64,000 nucleotides of DNA from Entomortierella parvispora E1425 (lineage: Eukaryota > Fungi > Mortierellomycota), in the NCBI GenBank assembly GCA_020891255.1, contig BQFW01000014.1, forward strand, positions 1,488,001 to 1,552,000, given 5' to 3'. Made by a program: the position numbers and the translations under genes. Below the pieces are notes generated by a model, which had not been told where the DNA came from, ran no database searches, and was given only the letters and a program-made list of their open reading frames with translations. The stretch's first letter is position 1; each line of letters opens with the position of its first letter. This document shows, in pieces, positions 51,975-63,046 of the stretch.

Positions 51975-53405
51975 TTAGAACAAGGCGACAGCAGCGGCCA
52001 AGGCCACCACAAACGTGGCCTTGGCGAGTCCGCTCTTGGAAGCCGAGTTGGAGCCAGCCTTGCCACCGGCACCGGTCGAGGGCTGAGAGCCAGCACCGCC
52101 AGTGGGGGTCGAGGAAGACACGGAGGTGGTCGTGCCGGCCACACCCGCCGTGGTACCGTTCATGGTCGCAAGGGTGATGTTCTTTTCCTTGTAAGGGTGG
52201 GGGTCGTTCATGCAGGCCGAGACGGGCATGGTCTTCCAGGTGGCTTGGAGCTTAGGCAAGTTGGCAATGGCGGCATCGACCGTGTTCTGGTAGAGCTCGT
52301 GCTCAAGGGTAATGTGACCAGTGGTATCGTTGTGGGCATTGGCGATCCAACCAGCAAAGGCGGCATCGACCTGGGCCATGGTGCGGGTACCACCGGGAGC
52401 CATCATCCAATCGTTGGTATCATAATCTGAGAGGGAGAGAGAGAGAAAGAAAGAAAAAAAGATAAACGTTAGCTTAGAGTTGGAATGGTTTACCCAGAGA
52501 GTTGGAAAATAAATGTCTAGCAAGTTAAATAATAGAGTGTAAACCTACCCCAGATGACGGAGGTGTAGCCCATCTGCCACAAGAGTCCACGAATACGGTT
52601 GTCGATATCACCGTAAGGAGGCTGAAATAGGAAGAGAAAAGAGAGAAGGGCAAAAAAAAAAAAAGAGCCGATCGTTAGTTTACAGGTTCATGTTGGATTG
52701 CACGAAACAAAAGACAAATAGACAAAAGGGCTCTCCACTTTTGAAGGGCTCACTTACGCGGAAGTAGGTGGGGGTGAATCCACAGAGCTCCTTGATAGCC
52801 ATCTCTGTGTATTTGACCTCGGCCACGAACTGCTCGTCGGTCAACGACGTGGAGGGCTGGTGAGACCAAGTGTGGACGGCGATTTGATGACCAGCACCGC
52901 AGGCACGGCGTGCTGCCTGCCAGTTCTGGATGACATTGGATCCAATGTAGAACAAGGTGGCCTTTTGGTTCGTGGTGTCCAAGAAGTCGTACAACTGTTC
53001 ACTGAACGTGGTAGGACCATCATCGTAGGTCAAACCCCAGACGCCAAGAGGGCAGGTAGTCAAATCCTTGTTGATGCAGTTGGTCTCGGTCCAGTCGCAG
53101 GAATCGGCGGGGATGCTGGTGGGGTTCTGAGGGTCGCCAGAGGCGGTGAAGGGCACAACGGGGAAGTCAGGAACGGCGGTCAAGTTGAGAGCAGCCAACC
53201 AAGCCTTGACCAAAGGAGTGTCGGTGGGGGCAATGGCGTCCTGGGGAGGGTACGCGTTAGCAAAAGTGCCGTTGAAGGGAGGGATGGGGATGATTGGGGC
53301 GGCGACGGGTGCTCCTGAAGCCTTGGGGGCAGGAGAAGCAGAAGGGCTTGGAGCCGCAGCCGCGAAGGCGACCAATGCAGCGATCAAGGAGATTTTGGCG
53401 AGCAT
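51975..53405 (-). CDS. CDA: GPI-anchored chitin deacetylase (CE4/NodB)
   Basis: Signal peptide; CE4 motifs TYDDGP, HTWSH, spliced RPPYG, DTNDW, LEHE; S/T/G linker and hydrophobic C-terminal GPI signal (ATFVVALAAAVALF). Confidence 0.93.
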
Positions 53406-55581
53406 TGCGAGTTACTGTTGGGTGGTGGCAGCGAAAAGAGATGGGAAGCTGAGGGGGAAAAAAGAAGTGAGGACCTCAACTGGAGAGTCTTTATAGAAAA
53501 TGGCGGGCAGTGCAGACACGACGGCGACAAGAGCCGTTTTGAGGGCGGATGGACAGTAAACAGACAAAAAAGGGACAGGGGAGCAAAGCGCAGAGCGAAC
53601 GAAAAGATAAAAATAAATAAAAGCGCGCGCCCACTGAATCTGACAATAATGGCGGTGCTTTGAACTTTACGGAAACGACAGCCAAGGAAGAGAAGGGGGC
53701 GAACCGGGGACATCAACATCGGCAAACCCAGGGCAATGAGAGGCAGCAAGGGCAAACAGACAACCCGGCAAAACTCGAAGTAAATAAAGGGTCAATCCCG
53801 CGTGCGATCATTTATCTTTCTGTCTTATTTCGCTTAGCGTCTGTCAATGGAACCAACTCAACCTTCGACCATGATCTTGTTCACATTTCGGAAATCGAAG
53901 CGCTCCTACAGTAAGGGTAAGGCTAGCTTGATCACACGAGTAAGGAATAGCCGACTCTAGGAAAAAATATGAGCCAAGGACATGGTTTTCTTGCCCTTCC
54001 ATAGAAGAGAGCGCCGCCTTGTCCATGAGCGCGGTTGAGCAAATAGACCATCTTGCTTATGAACCTCGTGGTTTTGCTTTCCTCTTGAGAGTATAAAGTG
54101 GCACAAACCTGTTTTTCCTTCCATGCTTTTCTTCCAGGGTTGACAGTGGTCCTCTTGAACCCAGGCACTCTACACTTTTAGGTCTCTGGAAATAGAAAGC
54201 AGACATTCCTGACCGACCTGTACGCCCCACCAAAAATCCGTCCCTCCTTTACTCTCCCTCTCACTTGCACCCCCACCCCTTTGTACCTGTTACTGTACCG
54301 TACTTGTGAATAACCAAAAAAAAGTGGGCCTCCCGTCTGTTATTTACTCATTCAACAAAAATCTTTCAATTGCATTTTCCTCCTCTCCCGCCTGTCACTG
54401 GGCGGAGGATATGGCTCTGAGTATTGCCCCTCTCCCAAATTGGATAGAAATCTCCTGGTGGACCACAACAACGCAAAAACAATTGCTCAGGCAGCCAAAT
54501 TTTGTCCGCTCGCTATTTTTACTGTCAGTGCGACCTTGTCTTATTTTTATGCCCGGGCGCGTGTCCTGATATGTCTCGCTTATTAGTCGTCCATCGAAAA
54601 TACCCTGCCTCACCAGGTCATCGTCAGCCCGATTCGAAAGCACATGTTGTCCTCCCCCCAGCCAAGCTCCTGCGCAGAAAAAACGAGAAGTATGAGTGAA
54701 AAAACAAAGATGATAGGATCCCCTCCTTTTCCGGGCAGTCTAAGTCCATCCCCCTGCTTCCCCTATATCCCTAGCCCGGTCTAGGCATGTTCCCCCCCGC
54801 TGACTCCCTCGGGTTGCACGGGTTGCAAACGTTGTGGGATGAACGAATTGTCGGAATCGTCCACCTGCAAGGAACCAGACCGCGAAAGATTTTTCTTTTT
54901 TTCTTTTTTTTTTAAATCTCATCTGCGCCCATCGGTTTCACGGTGAGGGATACGTCTCCCTGTTCTTTCTCCCCAAATAACCACAACCATTGTTCCAGGT
55001 CCCACTTTTTGGAGGGGGACCATGGACCGTGGGTTTTGAGATTGAGCCTCCAAAGAAAAAAAGATACCTGCTCTCAGATATATTGTTGTCATCATCATCT
55101 CCCTCCAACCAACTTGTGAGCTTCATTGACCCAAGCCCAATTGTCCTCATCGAGATGCAGAATTTTTAAAAGTTTACCCAGAACCTAGGAGAGGCAAAAA
55201 AACCCCTCCCCCTCTCCCCCTCTCCCCCAATGTTGAATGAAACGCCGGGCTGACGCCGACAGTGAGGGTTTACACAAGGTTGGCGCCTACCGTACAAGAG
55301 CAATTTTGAGACGTCCGAGGGATGCACTTTGGAGTGAACGTCTGCCCGCAGAAGCACTAGTGCAGAGCATCGTCGGCATTGCAGATGTTTTGAGCGATTG
55401 AACACGTTCATGAGCATTTTTTTCCCTTCAAACAATCAGCGAGGTTGGCGTCAACAATGGATCCGAGCACAAACACCAAATAGAATCGCACTAGTGTAAA
55501 CCCTTTACTGAACTATTGCTGCATGGTATGGAGATTCTGGAGATAGCCGGGAATGTGTCGAGGCCTGAATCCCCGGATTGT

Positions 55582-57731
55582 CTAGTGCTTGGTCCCAGAA
55601 GCAGTAGACGCCGAGTAAACCTTGGGAGTCCGTTGTGGAAGCGGTGCTGTGCTACCACGGTTAGGGATCAACGGCAAGAACGCTGCCTGGGGCCGATCCG
55701 CCAGAGTCTTTGCGTCACTAAAATGTTGATAAACCTTGGATAGATATCGGACCATCAACTTTCGCATCCAAGAGTCGGTCCAACTTCCATGTCCCGAAGG
55801 TGGGGAGGACGACGTAGGAGGTGACGAGGACAAGACTGAGCTGCCAAATGGTCCAGATCCAAGAGGGGAGGATGGAGAGGTCGGCGAGGACAGTAAAACC
55901 TTGTTCACGCGATGACTGAGATCCATTTGCACTTTGGCAAATGGCAGTCGATCGGCCTGGAAGGCCTTGAAGAGCTCCACAACGTGCTCAGGTGAGGCCG
56001 AGGGCAGATCATGCAAGAGATTGGCAAGGATGACAGAATCAAGCATCGCGCTGGCTGCTCCCTGTCCGGCATTGGGCAAAAGTCCGTGGCAGGCTACATG
56101 AATAAAGAGTGATAACGATAACGTCAATAGGCTTTTCTCCTGCAAATCATCCTTCTGCCCTTTCCCCCCGTGTTCTTTACCGTCGCCAATTAGCACGGTT
56201 CTACCGTGATGCCAAGTCTCGCATAAAAACTCTTCTGAGACGGTGCGGGTTACTGACTGAGGTGGAGTGGCGTTCATCAAATCTCGGAACAAACCTCCGA
56301 TGGGCAATTTCAAGTGCTGGTACTCTTCTGATAAAAGTTCTCCGACAGTCGCCAACCCTTTGACTTTTTCTTCGGGCTCCCATCCACCAGGTATGTATGA
56401 AACGGTGGACGCATAGGACGCAGTGGTGGATGAAGACGCGTAAGACATCGTAGAAGGCGTGGGCGAGGGGGGGCGTTGTAACTGCTGTGGTTGGGCGTAA
56501 TGCTCCCTCAGAGCAGGATCCTCCAAATGCATATGGACAGTCCACGCTATCCGGTCACCAGGCAAGGTATAGTATCCAAACTATGTGCAACCGACCGTCA
56601 ACAAGGGTCAATACACAATGCATATTCATAGATCGATCGGCGGGCGAATACAGTAGCTGACTTACTGTGATATGATCGACAACAATAGTATCACAACGAC
56701 TCTCCGCATCCTGTAATCCTGGATACCGATTCCGGTCCAATGGGTCCGTGACTCCGACTAACGAGAAATGACTACCTGTAGGTTGAAAAACGCCCTCTTC
56801 TAAACCCCCATTGTCGGCGATTGAAGGGAGAGCAGAAAACAACGCAGCATCGTGGCGGGGCAATATCCCTTTCTTGGCCACCTGCTTGTACAGGCAAGTT
56901 CGTATCCTTGAGAAGGCACCGTCACTCCCAACCAGAATGTCGCCTTTGTAGGTGGTGTGATCTGCACATCGGATCTCGGCCGAATCCTTGTTTTGAGAAA
57001 AGGAAACGATTTGTTTTGAAAAGTGCACTCTTTTTGGGTCCAATTGAGAGATCAGGAGCGACAAGAGATCTGTTCTGGTCGAGACCCTAGATGCGTAACC
57101 GGTTCTAGGATGTGCAAAAAAGCAGTAAAGAGAACTCGGCATCAGTCCTGGTCCCAGTGCACAGACGACCACAGCAAGCGGGAAGCAGGCGGGATCTTCT
57201 GCCTCGAATGATCCTCCCTCCCCCTCACCCCTGCCTACATCCTGGAGAGGTGACCTCGACGGGAAGGGGAAAGAGAGCACTTCCGGACATTCTTCCACAG
57301 ACGCACACACACACACACAAAAAAACACAACATACCTATCTTTGTGATCCGAAAGGTCCAACTCCCCTATCCGCTTCAAGTTGTCTTGAACAAGGTGAAT
57401 AGTCTGGACGGGCTTTGAGATCTTGTCGACTTTGTCGAGGAGACCAAGCTGTTCTAATAGAGGAAAAATACTCGGACCAAGCACAATGGCGCTTCCTAAA
57501 CGTTTTTGACACAGACAGGTTAATCTTTTTTTACTTTTCATTTGGGTTTGCAAAGGTCGAGTTTGACAAGGGACCTTTCAGGTTGCCATGTCGTTTAGAC
57601 ATACCCAGAGGGGACACTTGGGGCGAGCTCTCAAAAAGGTCGTAGTCGATTTGTGCCTTCTCCAGAAGGATAGCGAGGGTGATGCCTCCGAGACCAGCAC
57701 CTGCGATAAGAACTTTGAAGGTAGGGGCCAT
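55582..57731 (-). CDS. FAD-dependent monooxygenase (group A flavoprotein hydroxylase), multi-exon
   Basis: KVLIAGAGLGG (GxGxxG), LVGSDGAFS (DG motif), VLIGD/ACHGLLPNAGQGA (GD motif). Confidence 0.9.
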
Positions 57732-58269
57732 AGATTTGTTTTCAGCGGTCTTGAGAAACGAGAGAGGTGTGGATGCACGAGTGTTGGTAATGTGAAAATG
57801 AATGTGGAATTGAATGCAATGCAATGCAATGCAATCGCCAAGAGAAAAAAGGAGAAAGGAAAGGAAAGAAAAGGAAAAACAACAAAGAAGGCCAAGAGAT
57901 TACATATTCAGCCGTTTGCCTCGTCCCTATGCGGGAAGCTGAAGAGGGCTTTTTTGCTTTTTTTTCGTCTTGGGGCTTTGGTGCAACGCTTCTTTTCCTT
58001 TTAAAGGTTTTTTAGCATGCGGGATTTTCAAGCAGCGAATTGCCGGCCAGAGAACGACGCGTTTTTCACTTCCGTCTTCCCACCATCGTCATTTTTCGAT
58101 CCTTTAACGAGAACAAGTGCGGATCTGGACTGCAGCTGACGCGTGCGTGATGAGGCAATTGCGACTCATGCAGGGATTGTGTTCACGTTCCGGGAAATGC
58201 TTCTCTAGTGCCATTTTTTTATTTTGTTGTGGGTTGTTCATGCTCTAGCAGCACTCTATCTCCTCCTCC

Positions 58270-59824
58270 TCAGAACCGACTGAGATTCGACTGGTCTGCG
58301 TGATATTCATCTGCAAAGGGAGACTCCGCTGCCTTCATGGAGCTCTTTTCTAGGTTGGCGACCCTTGCGCACGCATCCCAATCCAGCCATGTCGTGCAGT
58401 TGGCACATCGAACTGCGTTGATAGGGATACCCTTCAAACAATAGTCGCACTTCTTCTCTGTCACCTCTGTCTTTGTGTTTCTTCCCATTTGATAAACTAA
58501 TGAAAAATAACAAGTTGGTCATTGTTAGATACTGTGAGATGACAAAGAGACGGGGTGCGAGATGACAGACGAAGCGATAATCGTGTTTCTTACTTTTCAC
58601 AACGATAAAAACGCATCCAGAGATGATGATAAAGTTGATAACAGTCTGAACAAAGTTGCCCCAGTTCCAAGTGATGTCGCCTGCATTTTTGGCTTGGAGT
58701 CGAGTAGCGTACTATGATTTTGTCAAGGATAGTAGATCTGTCAGCTTCTTTTGCTCTCTTAGCTTGAACCGCATAAAACTGGGACATGAGGCCTTTACAT
58801 TTTCAGGAGGGTTTGCAGCGTTTCGGCGCAGGGTGATGAAGTTCTCATCCAAGTTCTTTCTCGAGGCCAGCGCAATCACTGGGGTGATGATATCGGTCAC
58901 CAAGCTTGTAACAATCTAAAAAATCCAAGTGTTGTCAGCTGTCTGTTCGAGATGATCTTTATCTACATCCTTCTCTTCACTTGTTCCAAGTCAAGGCGCT
59001 GAAAGTAGACCAACCCAGAAAAAAGACTTACAGCGGTAAAAGCAGCACCTGTTGTGGTTGACCATGATGATTGTGAGGTGGGGCAAAATAACGGGATTGA
59101 GAGCAAAAAACATAAATCAGGTCAACAACGTTTTCCTGTGGTTCTTTTTGTCCCTCCGACCGCTCTCTTTTTGTGCGTTCAGTCCTCTTTCGTCCAAATG
59201 AACGACAGCCGACAGAGGCACCGAAGGACTTACCGACAACAACGGCCACGGCCAAATCAACAACGTTGCCTCGATCCATGAACTTGCGGTAGTCTGCAAA
59301 GAATCCTGTGCCGTACCTGACCACAGCCACGTTGTTTAGCTTGGTACCCACTGCCGCCACTCCGTTCCCGGCTAGATACACAACAATAAAAGAAGACTCG
59401 TTGAGAGGCTGCAAGTCGACGACCACTTTTTTCACCTTTTTTTTTGGTATGTGTGTGATGACTCGGCCAAGACAGGCTGGCTCTTACCACGAGTGTATCC
59501 TCCCTTGACAGCCTGAGCTCCATGAGTGACTCCACCGACGACGGCCTGAGTACCGTGAGTGACTCCACCAACGACGGCCTGAGTGCCGTGGGCGATGCCT
59601 CCAACCACGGCTCTGGCGGGGTTCAAGTTCCTCTTCTTGGGCCGCGTAGGGTCCTGCTGTTTCTCAAAGCTATCGGTATAGTCCTGATGGTCGTAGGCCT
59701 GCTGCGAGTTTTGGAGAGGATGATAGTCTTCCTCTCTGTTCTGTGGACGGTAAGAGGACGAAGGAGGGGCGATTCCGCTTGGCTGTCCTCTGGCGGACTG
59801 GTCGTAGTTGTTGTAGTTGCTCAT
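58270..59824 (-). CDS. mscL: Large-conductance mechanosensitive channel MscL homolog, spliced, with N-terminal repeats and C-terminal zinc ribbon
   Basis: Spliced product [43 protein letters not shown] (S1 helix and TM1), WNWGNFVQTVINFIIISGCVFIVVK (TM2), then KKCDYCLKGIPINAVRCANCTTWL. Confidence 0.9.
59511..59609 (-). repeat. Three 33-bp tandem coding repeats (11 aa) in the MscL N-terminus
   Basis: Units 59511-59543, 59544-59576, 59577-59609 encode VVGGIAHGTQA / VVGGVTHGTQA / VVGGVTHGAQA. Confidence 0.9.
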
Positions 59825-60226
59825 GGGTGGGTGTTTCCCTATTTTCGTTGAATCCGAGAAAGGGAGAATGAGGGGCAGGATGAAGACGAGTGATGAGATG
59901 AGATGAGACGAGAGAGGATGAGCAATGAGGCCATGAAGCCATGAAGCAGTGCAAAGCAAACGCCCATGAGAAACAACACAGTGGTGGGCGTTGGATGGTC
60001 TTGTATTATTAAAAATAAGCTCGATGGGGCCGTTTGATTGGCTGGACCTGGTGCCTGGGCGTGCGCCCTCTTCCCCGGGTTTCCCTGCCTGATTTGCCAC
60101 CAAGAGAGGCAATGCGCACTGGCAACAAATCGGCTATTGTAGAGAACTGAAGAAGAAATGCAAGGAATCATCCTCTGGAAGTCCTTCGATTTATTTCTCT
60201 TGTTGTGCCACAGGCGATGAGGGAAT

Positions 60227-60976
60227 CTATCGGCGAGACGTCAGCATCGGAGCCAGTACACTTTTCACACGCTCCAGAATACCCTTTCCTGCATTCAAAA
60301 ACTTTTCCAAGCTGCTTGAAAACGTTTGCAGGGCCGCCTCGGTGGTAGTTTCCTTCATGGACAGCACTGGAAGAAGGGGTGATCTAGGTAGGGCCATCAA
60401 TTGTGCCTCCAACTTTGACAAGGATTCTAGTCGCTCCTTCCTCCGGTAGGAAGTATCATCAGCATCGAAAGGGAAATCACAGGTGATGACGGGGATGTCC
60501 CCAAAGGTCTGCTTGATGATCTCTTGGTAGCGGGTGGCCCACATGGGGTTGGGACAGTGAGTCACCACCAGGACAAAGTTGGCTTCCGCGCCTTGGAATG
60601 TTGACTTGAAGAGTTTAAAGAGTTCATCCTGCTCCATAGTCTTCAGACGTCCCTGTTGAACAACGTAGGCAATGTAATGAAATCCACGTTGGCCCTCTTC
60701 GAGAACGCGGCCGAGTAGTCCCATGGCAGAATCTACGGAACGGTCACCTTTTCCTTGCAGTTCACCAAGACCGACGGTGTCGCAAGCTGTCCAGTCGCGA
60801 CCGTCGACAACCTTGACTTCAGATGTGACGCTGGCGGCGCTGTCACTGACCTCACGGATGTTCTTGACAAAAAGATCGCCCTGAACAAGCATGTTGGTAA
60901 GTGAAGACTTTCCAGTGCCCATTTTCCCGACAAATATAATCTTCTTGTTGTAGAGGTTTTGTTCGTTTGGAGTCAT
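60227..60976 (-). CDS. Intronless small AIG1/GIMAP-like TRAFAC GTPase (about 249 aa)
   Basis: G1 GKMGTGKS, G2 SAASVT, G3 DTVG, YVVQQGRL, G4-like VVTHC; short amphipathic C-terminal helix. Confidence 0.8.
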   Translation of the reverse strand: MTPNEQNLYNKKIIFVGKMGTGKSSLTNMLVQGDLFVKNIREVSDSAASVTSEVKVVDGRDWTACDTVGLGELQGKGDRSVDSAMGLLGRVLEEGQRGFHYIAYVVQQGRLKTMEQDELFKLFKSTFQGAEANFVLVVTHCPNPMWATRYQEIIKQTFGDIPVITCDFPFDADDTSYRRKERLESLSKLEAQLMALPRSPLLPVLSMKETTTEAALQTFSSSLEKFLNAGKGILERVKSVLAPMLTSRR

Positions 60977-61131
60977 GGTTATTCGGTGGGTGCTGGGACG
61001 TTCTTTCGAAAAGAGGAAGGGAGGAGAGAACAAGAGGAGCCACCGACACCTGCGAGCAACAAGCCATGACAACATGTTGTGGGAAAGCTCAACTTTTGTT
61101 GTTGCACGCCCGCGCCCTGACTGTCCCGAGG

Positions 61132-61163
<32 letters not shown>

Positions 61164-61335
61164 GGCAAAGCAAAGGACAAGTTTTTGTTTTCTGTTTTTT
61201 TTCTGTTCCTCACTCTTACTTCCCACACTAAAAATGTACGCCCTGCCCCCATCATCTGTAAGCCCAGCGCGATGCTCTTGAGATTATATTACCTGCCTGT
61301 TCACAACTCTTCAACTCATCTACCAAATAGCAGTT

Positions 61336-62919
61336 ATGACACGAACCCCTTCCTCAAAGTCCCATTTGGCTGATTTTCCAATTGCATGTAACGTGTTGCT
61401 CATCGGTGAGACTCAGGCTGGCAAGAGCACTTTCGTTGAAGCTGTCAGGCAATATGCCAACCTGAATCACGTCATCGACAGGACCAGAATCGGCCATGGC
61501 AATGTCTCCTTTACAACGGAGGTCACCTGCACTCGCGTTGAGACTGACCTCCCAAGCTACGAGGTCACGGAAGATCTGGAAGAATATCTGCAGCCGGAGG
61601 TTATCAACATAGATTCTCTCCTGGACGAGAAAGGTGACTGGGAGGACTATCAAGAAAGGATTAATAGGCGCAGGGACTTGAGGCTGAAGCATGTAGCTCC
61701 TGATTCTAGTGCGGTGTACCATTTCAACTTGTTTGATACCCCGGGACTCAATGACACGAATGGAGAGGACGAAACCCATGTAAACACCATATTTAGAGCA
61801 TTGAGAACCTTGGACCAGATTCACTTGGTCCTCGTCATGGTGGGCCCCAGCGCTTTCACATCTGGCTTCAGGGCTGCCCTTAAGTGTTACATAGACGTTT
61901 TCCCAGAGTTTCAAGGCGCAATTGCATTTGTACACACCAAAATTGATTACGCCGACCTTCATCCTGACCGAAAGGACTTTCACAGCATGTTCCAAGAAAA
62001 GAAGGAAATCCTTCACACCATCATGGGCCGCGGCAGCTGTCAGCACTTCATGATCAATTGCGATTTTGAGTCCACCAAACCCATCCGGGCTAATATCACT
62101 CTCAACACAATCCGACAAATCTTGTCCTTGGCCCCGTACAACGAGCCCATCGCCATCAACAAACTTTCTTTGCACAAGACAGAAAGGATGTTGGTCTTGG
62201 ACAGGATTATTATCAACAAGTACACCGCTATGATCGACGCCATTGTACAGACCCTTGGAACGAAGAATGTTTTACAATCAAGCGTTTTGAGGCAATCCTA
62301 TGAGCTCAAGAAACTACTGAACAACCTGCGGGCCGAGAAGTTGGAGGGAGAACAATTCATTGCTGAACACGACACGCAAAATCTTGTCATGATCTACGAG
62401 AATCGATTCGACGAGCACTGGAGATTGATACACGTCAACCGCCCCCACTCTATGGCCTTCCCTAGCCAGCATCTTACCATACGGAAAGTAATGCTGCTGC
62501 AAGAATTCACAGAGATCTCATCGGAGAAAGGAGGAAAAGACCATGCATTCTGGACGATCGATTTCAAGCGCGCATCATACAAAAATGGTGTTCTTCACGC
62601 CAAACTTTATACTACAAGTGCGGACAAGTACCGATGGGCCATCTCGACAAGGAAAACTCGAGCTGTTTGCCTGGAGTCAGAGATTCCAGAGGCTGAGGAT
62701 AGTTTGAAACGGCACAACGAGTTGTACGGGAGTCAACAAGAAGACATTGATCAGCTAATTAAGCAAAACAGCTTATACACGCAAATGCTGTCCTTGGCCA
62801 GAAAGGACAGGCTGCATCCGGACATCTTTGCTCAGATGGTTGACCAAAGAGCATACATAGGAGAAGTCGACGAAAATGCCCTCAGTGTGGAAAGGGTCTA
62901 TTTGCAAATCGTTCAATAA
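61336..62919 (+). CDS. Intronless 527-aa TRAFAC GTPase with C-terminal helical hairpin and beta-rich insert
   Basis: G1 GETQAGKS, G2 SFTT, G3 DTPG, G4 HTKID; C-terminal half has two coiled-coil-like segments flanking a W/F/Y-rich block. Confidence 0.85.
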   Translation: MTRTPSSKSHLADFPIACNVLLIGETQAGKSTFVEAVRQYANLNHVIDRTRIGHGNVSFTTEVTCTRVETDLPSYEVTEDLEEYLQPEVINIDSLLDEKGDWEDYQERINRRRDLRLKHVAPDSSAVYHFNLFDTPGLNDTNGEDETHVNTIFRALRTLDQIHLVLVMVGPSAFTSGFRAALKCYIDVFPEFQGAIAFVHTKIDYADLHPDRKDFHSMFQEKKEILHTIMGRGSCQHFMINCDFESTKPIRANITLNTIRQILSLAPYNEPIAINKLSLHKTERMLVLDRIIINKYTAMIDAIVQTLGTKNVLQSSVLRQSYELKKLLNNLRAEKLEGEQFIAEHDTQNLVMIYENRFDEHWRLIHVNRPHSMAFPSQHLTIRKVMLLQEFTEISSEKGGKDHAFWTIDFKRASYKNGVLHAKLYTTSADKYRWAISTRKTRAVCLESEIPEAEDSLKRHNELYGSQQEDIDQLIKQNSLYTQMLSLARKDRLHPDIFAQMVDQRAYIGEVDENALSVERVYLQIVQ

Positions 62920-63046
62920 AAATTCGATAACTTGATAAGTGGTATTCCCCCCCCCTAAAAAAAAAGGCCAGGGAGGAATGAGAACCAAAACACCATGTGA
63001 GTGGTGCCCTCTAACTCCTCATCATCAGGCGGAAGGGTATGGTTTA

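Noticed and set aside
53660-55150. Short ORFs upstream of the chitin deacetylase, including a minus-strand LTSWLEGDDDD reminiscent of a transposase tail
   Set aside because: Too short, and no catalytic or other supporting motif.
55582-57731. FAD monooxygenase as the core of a secondary-metabolite cluster
   Set aside because: No NRPS, PKS, terpene synthase, transporter or cluster regulator in the window.
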